Assembly: GCA_963825865.1 (NCBI GenBank)
Contig: CAWGVG010000012.1
Coordinates: 10,584 to 74,583, forward strand
Length of the DNA: 64,000 bases
DNA from: an uncultured Nitrososphaeraceae archaeon
Lineage (GTDB): Archaea; Thermoproteota; Nitrososphaeria; Nitrososphaerales; Nitrososphaeraceae
Direction of reading: 5' to 3'
The notes under the pieces are model-generated. The model searched no databases, had not been told where the DNA came from, and saw only the letters and a program-made list of their open reading frames with translations. Of this stretch, positions 35,683 through 47,030 are shown piece after piece. A program made the translations under genes and the position numbers. The number at the start of each line of letters is the position of its first letter. Position 1 is the stretch's first letter.

Positions 35683-36517
35683 AAAGAGCTCAGTTTAAAT
35701 GAGCTTAAGTTGAGAAAGTTTGGAATCAATTTATTTTCTCATAGCTACTCGTAAAGAGTAAGAGGATTAAAACATGAGGTTGGAAAAATGGCAATTGAGT
35801 TTTGAACAGATAGCTAGATGCAATAAACTAATGCCTTATCTTTAAATGTAAAGGTTACTACTTGGAAGTTCCCAGCTGTGGATAATGATAGAACACTAGA
35901 TAAAAAAAAGCAACGTCATATGACGATATATTTGATGCATTTAGGTTGGCCCTGCAGGCTTGCCATTCATATTAGAAGAATGGATAAGAACTTCTGAAGA
36001 TCTAAATGATTATGAAGAGATAAAGAGGGACAAGCTATGCTCCAGAACAATAAGACTAAGAAAGGCATTAGATGAGCAAGATCAGGATAAGTTATACAAG
36101 ATGTCCATTCTACTTCAGCCTCTACCATACAAAAGTCTTGCTTCGTATCTTGAAATGGGCGAAGAGAATATACGTCGTGTAAGATCGCTGATCGATAGAC
36201 TAAGTGAAAACCTAATATTTGATGAGCACTTAAGGTGGTTCAGACATGAATTAGTTCATAGATGTTTTGAAGATGACCTTGATAATGAGGAGAGAACAAG
36301 TTATAATCAAATTTGCTAAAGTTCTTTGAAAGTTTGATAGAAGAAAAAAAGCAAATAAAACAAAGAGTGAAATTAAATGAGCAAGAACACTGACAAGACA
36401 AGCATACAAGTGAAAGAAGCAGAAGAAAACTATGCCATAGTGAAATCATGTGCGTATCATCTCCATATGGCAGGAGATTATGAAAAATCATTTGCTCGTA
36501 ATAAAGAGTTAGCTAAA

Positions 36518-37546
36518 TGTTGTATCTACAAACATAGGTAACAATATAGCTTACAGACATAGGTAACACTTCTGCTAGGAAGTGGAAATCTCTATAGAAA
36601 TTAGAACAAAATTCAATCTCATTCATGAACATGAATGGACTGGTAATAGTATTAGCGATATTTGCAATAAATACGAAATATCTAGGAAGACATATTACAA
36701 GTGGAAAAATAGATACATAGAGCACGGAATAGACGGGTTGAAAGACCTATCTAGAAGGCCTCATAGCATCAAAACCAAAGTATCTAAAGAAATAGAAGAA
36801 ACAATACTTGATTTAAGATTAAAGACCTTTGGTACTAGTAGAATCAGGTTCAGATTAAAAAGACTTGGAGTATCATTGAGCAGTAGAACCATATACAAGA
36901 CATTGAAAAAACATACTCTCAACGTTCTAAACTGTAAGGTAAAGAATAATAGAAAGTATAAGCGATTTGCAATGAAACATCCAAATGACATGCTTCAAAT
37001 GGATATACTTGGACCATTTTACGTACGCTGTTCTAGCACAAGAAATTACATGATAAGCTGTATAGATGACTGTTCAAGAAAAGTTGCTAGCAAGTGGTCT
37101 GAAAGAAAGAGGAGCATTGATGTTTTGAATGTACTAGAGGAGTGGATTATGGATAACGGAAAGCCCAGGAAAGTTATGCATGACAACGGTAAGCAGTTTA
37201 CATCTAAACTATTCAAACACTTTCTATATAAGAATAACATAAAGGATAAACCAATTCCAAATTCATATCCACAGTTACAAGGAAAGATAGAAGCATATAA
37301 CAAGATTGTAAAGAATGAGTTCTTGACAGTTGAAGAAATAACAAGTATTGATGATGGAAAACTAAGGTATGATATGTTTGTCAAAGCATATAATGAAACT
37401 AGGGAACATGGTGGAATAAATGGTCTTACTCCTTCTGAAAGGTTTGTACAAAGGTTAATTAAATCTAAGACATATACAAAAAGGAAGCAAGAAAGTGTAA
37501 CCTATGTAGGTAATCAAAATTGTTACCCATCTGTGTAAGTACAACA
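36518..37546 (+). mobile_element. IS481-family insertion sequence, intact
   Basis: TGT...ACA ends, duplicated internal motif TACA.ACATAGGTAACA, 6-bp TSD GCTAAA (36512-36517, 37547-37552). Confidence 0.93.
36582..37538 (+). CDS. IS481-family DDE transposase
   Basis: N-terminal HTH; QMDILG, HDNGKQF, GKIEAY. Confidence 0.92.
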   Translation: MEISIEIRTKFNLIHEHEWTGNSISDICNKYEISRKTYYKWKNRYIEHGIDGLKDLSRRPHSIKTKVSKEIEETILDLRLKTFGTSRIRFRLKRLGVSLSSRTIYKTLKKHTLNVLNCKVKNNRKYKRFAMKHPNDMLQMDILGPFYVRCSSTRNYMISCIDDCSRKVASKWSERKRSIDVLNVLEEWIMDNGKPRKVMHDNGKQFTSKLFKHFLYKNNIKDKPIPNSYPQLQGKIEAYNKIVKNEFLTVEEITSIDDGKLRYDMFVKAYNETREHGGINGLTPSERFVQRLIKSKTYTKRKQESVTYVGNQNCYPSV

Positions 37547-38769
37547 GCTAAATATGCTTCCAGGATAGGAGATCTCGACATTGCAGAAAGGTGTTATAAG
37601 AGAGCCATTGATGATGCAAAATATCTAGGGCGACTCCAAGATGAGATGGATTGTTTATTGGATATGACAGCAACTGTCTATTCCGTATGGGGTAGACATA
37701 AAGAAGCTCTGTCTAACTATCAATCATTATTAGAATATTACGATAAGGTCAACGATACTGGAAAGCTAGCACGTGTCTTAAACGATAAATGTATGATACT
37801 TTACAGGAAAGGAGAGCATGATAAAGCGATGGAGCTATACAACCAAAGCTTGGAGATAGCGTAAACAGAGAAGAGATCAGGAAATGATTGCAGGTATTTT
37901 GAACGATATAGTATGGTACATGACAGGAAAGGAGAGCATGATAAAGTTATGGAGCTTATACAACCAAAGCTTGGAGATATCAGAGCAGTCTAGAGATCTG
38001 GATGTGATTGTATCTACTTTGAATAACAAGGCTAATGTGCATTACAGGAAAGGAGAGTATGATAAAGCTATCGAGCTATACAACCAAAGCTTGGAGATAT
38101 CGGAGAAGAGACTAGGATATCAGTATATGGTTGAATCGACATTGAATAACATAGCTGCAATCCATTATATTAAAGGAGCGTATGATAAAAGCTATGGAGC
38201 TATACAACCAAAGCTTGGAGATAGCGAAACAGATAGGAGATCAGGAAGGGATAGCACATACTTTGAGCAATACATCTATGATACATGACAGGAAAGGAGA
38301 GTATGAGGAAGCCATTTCTGCAGTATTACAAGCTTATGAAATACTAGACAAACTAAAGTCTCCAGAACTCCAAAGACCAGTTGACATATTAGATGGCATA
38401 AAAGATAAGTTAGGAAGCGAAGCTTTGGAAAGACTTTTCGAGAAAGTACAAAGTCAAGATTTAAGTTGACGGCCTGATAATGCTGGAGGAGCCCCCACCT
38501 CACGCTCAATAGTTGCACCCTGCCACGCTCAGTTTTTTGGAATGTTGCAAACTTATGCTAAGAGTTCCTACCAAATCAAAGCTTTATACTTTTTGTAGCA
38601 GACTTTACTGATGCTACATTCTCTCTGAAAGCCGACTTTTCTCGAGCTATATATCCTGGGAAAATAGGCTTTTCTAGAGCGAAACTCTCTGATGAAGCAG
38701 ACTTTTAGTAGGAGGAACAGTTGCGGTAACAACAACAGGCAGGCAGCAATACGACCAGCATATGCAATA

Positions 38770-38908
38770 ACATTTGGAAGTACAAAAAATATAAGCAACA
38801 ATGATGGAAATTCAAATAATCCACAGATGGATTGCATGGAAGCAATGTGTATATTGTATGGCAAGACGACACGCCGGGAAACTTTGACATACTCTTCAAG
38901 AAGGTGTT
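38770..38908 (+). pseudogene. BNR/Asp-box-like secreted protein fragment
   Basis: TFGSTKNISNN...NVYIVWQDD / PGNFDILFKK. Confidence 0.5.
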
Positions 38909-39227
38909 GATTGAAAACAACAGCAAGGAGAAGAGGATAATAATAAATAAATAAAAAAACTTCTCTTATTTTTTATAATCTTTTACAGGAGTATGACCTA
39001 TTTTTCTTTTTGACAGTTAAGTATCTCCAGAGCAAAGGTATCAAGACAAAAGAAATACTGGTATTTTCATAAATCAAGTCTACTATATGCGAGGAGAAAA
39101 TGCGGTTGATAGGGAGAGTGTGCGGTCACTGGTCATACTATATATAGATTGCAAAGCAGAACGATACTCTGTATAGAATCATTGTTTATGGCTGAGAACA
39201 GTTAATAAAATATAAGATTGAGGGTAT

Positions 39228-39305
39228 TGTTACTGTAGATAAGAAACATAGTAATGACATTCAAAGATCTGAAGAAGAAGAGGATAATAATTAGCAGCAA
39301 TCAAC
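39228..39305 (+). repeat. Direct repeat, left copy (start of the terminase-like gene)
   Basis: Matches 40351-40425. Confidence 0.9.
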
Positions 39306-39341
39306 GGTTATAAGTGATTACAACTTTTTCGTATATATGTT

Positions 39342-40292
39342 ATGAAAGCCGGAATGCTCTTGCCGCAAATTGGAGACTGTTATAAGAGAAAACGTTCTGT
39401 ATATAGCAAAGGAGACTGAAAAGGAAGGCCTTGATTCTGTTTGGGTATTAGAACGCCTTTTGTGGCCACTCAAGCCCCAGACATCTTATTATTTTACACC
39501 TTATGGTTCTCTTCCAGTTGAATACCAAAATGTACTTGACCCGCTGGAGACGCTTACCTACTTGGCAGGTAATACAGAGCAAATTTCTTTAGGAACTTGT
39601 GTAATTGATATTTTGTTTCATAATCCTGTAGTATTAGCAAGGCGGTTTGCAACACTCGATATCCTATCACATGGGCGGGCTATTGCAGGTCTAGGAATTG
39701 GATGGTCAAAAGATGAGTATGGTGTTTTCGGTGTATCTTACCAACACAGAGGGGAAAGGGCAAACGAATTTTTACAATTGCTAAAGCGAATTTGGACTGA
39801 TGATGTAGTAGAGTTTAAAGGTAAATTCTACTCCTACCAGCTTCAAAAATTGGGCCAAAGCCTGTGCAGAAACCTCATCCTCCAATACTGCTTGGTGGAT
39901 GGTTACCTACAGGTTTACGAATAGTAAACTATGCAGATGGACGGTTATACATTGCTGGATTTGAACCATTAGAACAGCTTGAACAGGCTATAAACGGCCT
40001 GAGAGAAGGCGCAAGAAAAGCCAACAGAGATCCTTCGAAGATTTGTGCATTTGCGTTGACATATCCAAATGTGCTAGACTCTTCTTCCTCTCCTTCTTCT
40101 GCAACTTCCTCCTCCTCAGATCAACAGAGATTGCCCATGACCGGTACCATTGACCAAATTGGAACTGACATTGATCAAATCAAAGCGATGGGCGTAGAGC
40201 ATATAATATTTGGTCATAAGTTTTCTCCAATAGGCAAGGATATGAAGAAGATGATCGAGATAACAAAACAGCTTGCTAGATTTGCTAGATAA
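39342..40292 (+). pseudogene. LLM-class (probably F420-dependent) oxidoreductase, frameshifted
   Basis: GLDSVWVLERLLWP, LARRFATLD, GLGIGWSKDEY, QKPHPPILLGG. Confidence 0.88.
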
Positions 40293-40350
40293 AAACACAG
40301 TTATGATTACGTGTCTTTGGAAAAGGAGAAAAGCATAAAGTTGATGATAG

Positions 40351-40425
40351 TGTTACTGTAAATAAGAAACAAAGTAATGACATTCAAAGATCTGAAGAAG
40401 AGGATAATAAATAGTAGCAATCAAC
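40351..40425 (+). repeat. Direct repeat, right copy
   Basis: Matches 39228-39305. Confidence 0.9.
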
Positions 40426-40890
40426 AGCAACAACAAACACAATCTCTTGACAAATTACAGAATAAACCATTCTGGATTTGGGATCAGCAACAGCACAGAT
40501 TAGAAGATATTAAAACCAATGGATACTGCTGCCTTTAATCACAAAATTGGCCTGCCAACAAAAGAAGGACTGGAAAAACCAATTTTCGACTACCAGGAAT
40601 TATTGTACGAGGCTTTGCTCTCGCCAGACTTTTGCAATCCTCTGAATCATGATTTCAAGGATAAGCACCTTTGGATAAAGAAGGCAACTGGTTTAGGGGT
40701 TACCGAATTTTTCCTCAGGTTTATGGCATGGCTCTGTTTAAAAAATAACGATTATAGAAATTCACAAATGTGCATTGTAACTGGCCCTAACATAGACATT
40801 GCCATCAAGTTAATCAAGAGAATGAAAGGGTTGTTTGAGCGAAAGCTGGGGTTAACTTTTCCCAGCAAAGAAACAGTCCTAGAATTAAGC
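40377..40890 (+). pseudogene. Terminase large subunit-like / SF2-like ATPase, N-terminal fragment
   Basis: MTFKDLKKR...KPFWIWD; FDYQ (Q-motif-like) followed by Walker-A-like KKATGLGVTE; truncated. Confidence 0.6.
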
Positions 40891-41304
40891 TCCCTCTAAA
40901 TATGCCTTAACATCTATATCGATAACATTAAACGGTATCGTTACTATAAAATTTATTGACTATACTCTTCTCAGTCACATGGTCTAAAGCTAGAAGAAGA
41001 TGCCATAAAGGTATGACAGGAATATGGACTAGGATATTAAATGATGCTATTTCTAAGAGTTGCATTAGTAAGTTATAATAATTTACCGTTTACTCTACGC
41101 AAACTATATTCTAACAATCACGAGGTACATTCACAATATATATAGATCCAGAGGAAGATTTGGATGAATGGGAATCAGAGGATGAAGAGGACGATAGCTA
41201 TGACATAAGAGATAACCAAGAAGACGAAGATAGATGGTATTCTACTAAATTAAAATATCAGCATCACAAAGAATCATCATCAGACAAATCATACAGGAAG
41301 GTAC

Positions 41305-42290
41305 AAAAGGGGCAATAGTGTTAGATCCGGTAAGAGGTTTGCATCATGATGTTTACGTGTTTTATGTGATCAGCCTGTATCCAACTATAATAAAGTATAC
41401 TCCTGCTGCAAAAATGATTCACAGGCACAGAAACTGTTACTTCAGAGATTTTGAGGGATTGTGGTCATATTCCAGAAAAAGAGACTCCAGGAACTAACAG
41501 AGCAGCGGATAAAACACAAGAATGCTGGTTTAGAACTTAAGTCAAGCAATCAAGGCTATTATAAATTCTGGTTACGGCGTTTTGGGTCATCCTTATTTCA
41601 AATACCACGATCCAAGAGTTGCTGAACTTGTAACCGCATCGACATACATTAAATAATATGCAGGCACTAACCAGTGAACTTAGTTTTGTCACTTTATGGT
41701 GATACTGATTCTTTATTTGTAAATGATGTAAAAAGTATTGATGAGAGCAAAAAGTTCATTGCGGAATGTAAGTCAAAGCTAGGAATCGATGTTATGCAAG
41801 ATAAAGTGTTCACTAAGCTGATCCTTGTTGGCAAAAAGCACTACATTGGAATACCGTCTGACATAACCAAGAAGCTTATCATCAAGGGAATGGAGGGGAT
41901 AAAATCAGATAGGCCTGAGTTTATTCATAGAACGTTCAGATAGATGGTAGAGGATATTAAAAATGGTGTCAGTCCAATCCCGAAGTTAAAGGAAGCTCTG
42001 TACCAGATAGAAAATAGACGAGTTTCTGCAGATCTGCTGTCTATATCACTAGCCATGCGTAAAAATCCAGAAGAATACGAACAGAACTGCAAGCAAAACA
42101 GGTTGGGTTCTAAACTTGGACTACACAAAGGTGATACTCTTGTGTACTATAAGTGTGACAATGGCGAGATGGCTTATGACTCGGAGAATCCACCGGATAT
42201 CAGCTATACAGCATACAAAAATATGCTCATAAATAGTGTTAAAGATGTTCTACAAATTTTGGGATACGATGTCGAGGAACGTTTGCTGCA
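41305..42290 (+). pseudogene. Family B DNA polymerase, polymerase domain, fragmented
   Basis: GAIVLDP..., ISLYPTII, KAIINSGYGV, YGDTDSLF, KKHY, IKGMEGIKSD. Confidence 0.88.
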
Positions 42291-42409
42291 CACAGATGCC
42301 TCACAATTAATTGACAATATTCGATTAAATCCGATCAGTATTCCTGATACCGCTACTGCTGCACCTGTATCTCAAATTGATAGTAGAGTTACCAACAAAA
42401 AGAAAGAGA

Positions 42410-42910
42410 CAAGATCATTAGTATCAGAAGGGATCGAAATTATTCTTTCACTTTTTGCAGCAGTAGAACAAAGATTGTTTCCAAGAACTATTATGACAAA
42501 ATGTACTAACGGGCAAGTTAGAAGTACAGTAACAAAAATGAAATTATGTATTATTTTGAGACTTATCCTGCATTTCTGTCGAAGGCTGAAGAACAAAATT
42601 ACAAAAATGGAATTAACCTGAATTTGCTTGCACCTAGCATTCTTTTTATTGATTTGGATGCTAAGAAATTCACGTCTGATAGAGAATTTAGAGATACATT
42701 CAAACAAATTCTAAATAGAATTGCATATTTGTTACATGATTGCAAGCCTTTGGTGCTCTGGTCAGGTCATGGATACCATATAATAATTCCAGTTAGTTGC
42801 AAAGCATTAGAATGCTGTCAGGATTTAACTCAATACACATGTGAACCTTCAAAGAAGTTTTTTGCAGTTTGCAGAGCGCCTTTTATCGCTGAATAGATCT
42901 GATCCTGCTA
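42410..42910 (+). pseudogene. AEP-superfamily primase-like fragment
   Basis: LFIDLD (motif I), WSGHGYHII (motif II); directly follows polB. Confidence 0.7.
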
Positions 42911-43100
42911 TATGATTTATTACTTGAATCCTCTAATAAGAGAACTCAAGCACAATAGAATAAATTGATGACAGAAAGGCAAATGATTGACTCTCATAGG
43001 TTTCAACACGTGCAAAAACGAATTAGTGTCATTGTTGTTCTTAGAACGTTTTGTTAACAATTATGTTAATGCTGATTTGAAAGTTGATTTTATTATTTGC

Positions 43101-43222
43101 TCTCCACTATATAGGAAGTAGCTCCGCAGCCTCCGAACCTCCAGTAAGTAATGCAATAATGTGTTATTATATTGTAAATCCGGAGGCATAGACGTAGCGG
43201 AGGTAATTTCCTACTTTGGAGA
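43101..43222. other. 122-bp imperfect palindrome with GC-rich arms and AT-rich core
   Basis: TCTCCA/TGGAGA, TAGGAA/TTCCTA, CTCCGC/GCGGAG and GCCTCCG/CGGAGGC nested pairs. Confidence 0.75.
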
Positions 43223-43650
43223 TATTGGATAGATTTAGTTCTTCTCAGGATTGCTATAGTGGGTGATTAATGGAGAAGCTTTCTTCCAGAGTAATATCAG
43301 ATTACCTTGAAAAAATTTATTGAAATCAAGAAGGATATCTTAAAACCTTTGAATCTGGACTCGGTACAAATCTGCAATAAATTTATCAGTGTGAGGCCAA
43401 ATATATACAACAACTGCAATTATCAAAATGAACAAAGGTATCCCCAATAGCAAATGACTATAAGAATATTCACTAACTTTTTTACTTAGCTGACTAACTG
43501 GTCTTATTAGCCATGACAACCACAGTCACAATCTTTGATATTGCATTCTTGATGCTGATTTGACGTACAGGCTAGACTTCCCAAGAGCCAGTTACCATCT
43601 AAACTGTGAATAGCTTTTATTGTTAGTTTAATCTTAAAGTTATACATAGT

Positions 43651-44807
43651 ATGGTAGGGTTTCTGAGCAAAATCCTAGGGATATGCATTCCTTCAACAAT
43701 ACTGGTAATGACCATCGTGGCGTCTGTATTTATATCACCAGCGCACCATATTACAGCACAAACCTTAGAGAGCATACTACAAGAAAGAAACGCATTTAAA
43801 AACAATCCCCAAATCAACCTTCGTGATCTGTTAGGCGGTGTAGCGGTTGATCCAGGTTCAAATAAAGTCTATGTGACCGACGACACACCTCTCATACTGT
43901 GTCTGTTATTGATAGTAATTCAGGAAATATAACTAATGAGATACGTGTTGGAGAAACTCCCACAGCTGTCTACTTTTTGGTCCATTTTCACATAAAGTCT
44001 ATGTGGCAAATTCTGATGGTTATAGTGTCTCTATTATAGATTCTTTTAATGGTAAAAAAGTAAAGGACAATAACAAACACGTATTTGTACGTAGAATCGG
44101 GCACGAATTGTTTTGCTAAAGCCAACAAAGACTTTGAATTCAGTAGTTGGGTTCAGAACTTGCCTCATAACTCAACGATCACATTGAATACAACAGAAAT
44201 TTCTGATTCTCCTTGGAACTCTTTTCTAAGACTCATAGATAGGGAACCAAATGATCCATCAGTAACCTTTGATGTTAACGCATATGGCAGCTATACTGCT
44301 CATTTCAAACCTCTTCCCCCTGCCGTTCCAGCCGAATATTGGATTCCATTATACGGAGTTATTGTCAGTTCCATAGTTGGCTGGTCTATACCAAGCATCG
44401 TAGGATGGGTAAGAGCAAAGAGGCAAGGGGGAAAGGCATATCATTATTACAAGAGGATTAATTACTTGAACAGTAATAGTAGACTAGAGGAAAATGAAAT
44501 TACAGATTTATACAAATTAGAAAGAGACATAACATACGGATATACGAAAGGTAAGATAAATGAGCAGCATTATTCAAATTTGAAAAGCGAGATTTCAGTT
44601 CTTTATGAAGAGATTTACAAGAAAAAAATTGATTCGTTAACAGGTAACGAGATACGTTTGAATAAGCTTAGAGAAGATGAAGATGCTTATGCAAAAGGAA
44701 AAATAAGTGAGCAGCACTATAAGCTTCTAATCGGGAAGATTTCTGACAATAAAAGTAAACAAGGTTCTGCCGACAAGCTACCATCAGCCCAAGGGGCTAG
44801 TAAATGA
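43651..44807 (+). pseudogene. YVTN/YncE-like beta-propeller surface protein, internally deleted and frameshifted
   Basis: Signal peptide, GVAVDPGSNKVYVT, KVYVANSD; C-terminal TM helix plus KGKI.EQHY repeats. Confidence 0.7.
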
Positions 44808-44988
44808 GAAGAGGCTTTACGTAACTGGCTAGGACGTCTGATTAAACTAGCTATGGACAACCGCAATTCCTTGCTATTGCACAACTAAAAACCACACTCC
44901 AAGTCTTTTATGCCAAAATCAGACATGTTCATCAATGGCGTGTCGTAGATGTTCTTTTCTTTCAACACAATGCTTTGTTGAAGTATCT

Positions 44989-45306
44989 CTAGCTTAATCT
45001 AGAAGCATCTCTTGATGTTTGTTCAAAGGATTCTGCGGCATTTACACCTATTCTAGACAATTCCTTTGCATTGTATTTTGCTTGCTGCATTGAAGTCTTG
45101 ATTGCTTCCATATTTGCAAACATCATATTATTTGTTAATCTTGTTGCAGTAATTATATTGTCTGCAAAGCTACGGACCATATTAGCATACATTTCAGTTA
45201 CTTTTCTTGGCGACATACAACATGCATAAAGTATGTCAGATGTTTTCTGTACATGGGGAGCGCATGCTGCTCGAAGTGAATTGACAATCTCCTTCTGTGA
45301 ATCTAG
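44989..45306 (-). pseudogene. 5'-truncated helical protein (paralogue of 47928-48280)
   Basis: SFADN...NNM.F.NM...KTS.QQA..NA.ELSRIGVNAA..FEQTSRD shared. Confidence 0.7.
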
Positions 45307-45446
45307 GCAGTCTAACGCGAGAGGACATCTGCTGAGATAGTGATGTATATGCTTTGTACTTATATTTCCTAGGTTTGAGTTTCAGGAATACAGATAGAGC
45401 TTTAGAACCATTTGCAGAAAGAAGTCACGTAGCAATATGGGAATGA
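45307..45446 (+). mobile_element. IS6-like transposase 5' fragment
   Basis: RERTSAEIVM / YALYLYFLGLSFRNT.RALEPFAERSHVAIWE. Confidence 0.65.
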
Positions 45447-45514
45447 TTCTAAGCTAAATCGAAAACCGTGAAATCATATTTACAGTATATTAAAACTAAT
45501 TACGCAACAACCCC
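45447..45514 (-). mobile_element. Solo end of the IS family at 13107-14222
   Basis: Matches 14155-14222 including the TIR. Confidence 0.88.
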
Positions 45515-45516
45515 TG

Positions 45517-45711
45517 TTAAAAGTCATGAGCCTTTGCAGCAATTTCTGCAATATCCCATCTACCATCAAGAACCTGTTTGTACGCAGGAATATAGTTACG
45601 CACAAGAGCTAAAATATGCGTTACCACTTGCTCGGCTACACTTACAACGTTGCTACCTGTCATCTCTGCCACAGTAATTCCTTTCACAGCTGGAGCAGCC
45701 AAATCTATCGA
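45517..45711 (-). pseudogene. NAD-dependent formate dehydrogenase-like internal fragment
   Basis: GITVAEMTGSNVVSVAEQVV..ILALVRNYIPAYKQV..G.WDIA. Confidence 0.75.
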
Positions 45712-46373
45712 CACCAGCAGACCTTTATGATGGCTTTCTATCTATGGAAGAGGGTAAAAGGATAAAACCCCCTGATTTTGAAACAGTTTCTCCTTTGGCT
45801 CTATGGGGTTTTCCAAGAGATGCACCTTATACATGGCCATCAGATGTAGGAATTGATATCTGCATGAAGATGTCAACTGTGATGTTGCCTTCTGCATACT
45901 CTAAAAACATTGCATTATGGTCTTCTATAGGACATGAAACTGGAGGTCATGATATACTTCATGCATATAGCGGAATGTTAGATGAGATAGGTTCCAAAGT
46001 TGCCGCAAATTGGTAGAGGTTGAAAATGATCCAGCTTTAAAGGGTTATGCAGTTGTAAATGGTCGACAGCAGACCGTTGCAAGATTTGGAGCAAAGTATT
46101 GGAAAGAAAAGATAGATGAAACAGCATGAATCAGAAAAGCTGCTATGTTATTCAAAATCCTTGCTATTCCTTGCTGATCTCCTATCTTCCTTGCAATCTC
46201 CAAGGGGATGCAAATGAAAATTCAGCTAAATCCCAAGTCTAATTTGTTATAGTTTTGTAAGAATGAAAATAGGCCTAATTTGGCTTTTTCAATGCGCTTT
46301 TCATCTCCTTTTTGTTTACATATCAGCACAGTGCTACATGGGTTATGAGCTAGCTGAGCCTGTCCTGAAGGAT

Positions 46374-46580
46374 TTAAGCACACAGATTTTTTACTTGGGA
46401 TCCGCGCTTGTAATCAAGAAATTCTTCTATAATCTGATTGACCTCCTCTGATGCCTTCAATGAGAGTGGTGCATCAACAAATTCATCTGTTCCTTCTGCT
46501 AAAAATAGATCTTCTTCTCCCCATATTTGCAATGTAGGAGATTTTATTTTTGGGAATGGAATGGAAGAGACTGTGGAGAC
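46374..46580 (-). pseudogene. Alpha/beta-hydrolase C-terminal fragment
   Basis: PKIKSPTLQIWGEEDLFL...EEVNQIIEEFL. Confidence 0.55.
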
Positions 46581-46767
46581 AAGTCTCTTCTTTAATTCTG
46601 AAATTATTTTTCTTTTCATTAGAATAGATTGACCAATTTGTAGTTTTTATACTGGACGTCCACATGATTGATTGAACGTAGTACATAGTAGTACTATGTA
46701 CCACATTGTGTGTTGGCTGTGGACGTTGAGAATAATAAGACTCTATTAGAATATTATGGTATATCTT

Positions 46768-46965
46768 ATGTCTAGGTCAGTCAAAAAGGAACAACAGCAA
46801 TTTCCTTATCATCAATGTACAAAATGTGGTATGATCTATAGATGCGAAAAGGACAGCTGTAAAATGCCATTTTTGTATGATATATGTCACATGTGTCAGA
46901 AAAGATTTTTTTATTTTAATCCTTGGTTTTATTTTAATTCTAGAATGTTAAAGTATAGAAAATAG
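46768..46965 (+). CDS. Small Cys-rich protein (paralogue of 8372-8557)
   Basis: YHQCTKCG..C...SC..FLYDICHMCQK. Confidence 0.6.
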   Translation: MSRSVKKEQQQFPYHQCTKCGMIYRCEKDSCKMPFLYDICHMCQKRFFYFNPWFYFNSRMLKYRK

Positions 46966-47030
46966 TGTGAGGATGAGGACAATTATTATTAACTAAGTGC
47001 ATATCCATAACAACAACAACAATTACAGAA

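Larger units (their letters stand above)
35960..38469 (+). pseudogene. TPR-repeat protein interrupted by IS481 and several frameshifts
   Basis: Frame ...NKELAK|YASRIGD... is restored when the IS is removed; repeated KGEYDKAIELYNQSLEI units. Confidence 0.82.

Noticed and set aside
37800-38310. Regularly spaced ~120-bp DNA repeats (ACAGGAAAGGAGAG.ATGATAAAG...CAACCAAAGCTTGGAGATA) that look CRISPR-like
   Set aside because: They translate as TPR units of one protein; the inter-repeat segments are homologous coding sequence and no cas genes are present.
41305-42910. Casposon interpretation of the polB locus
   Set aside because: No cas1 and no terminal inverted repeats were found around it.
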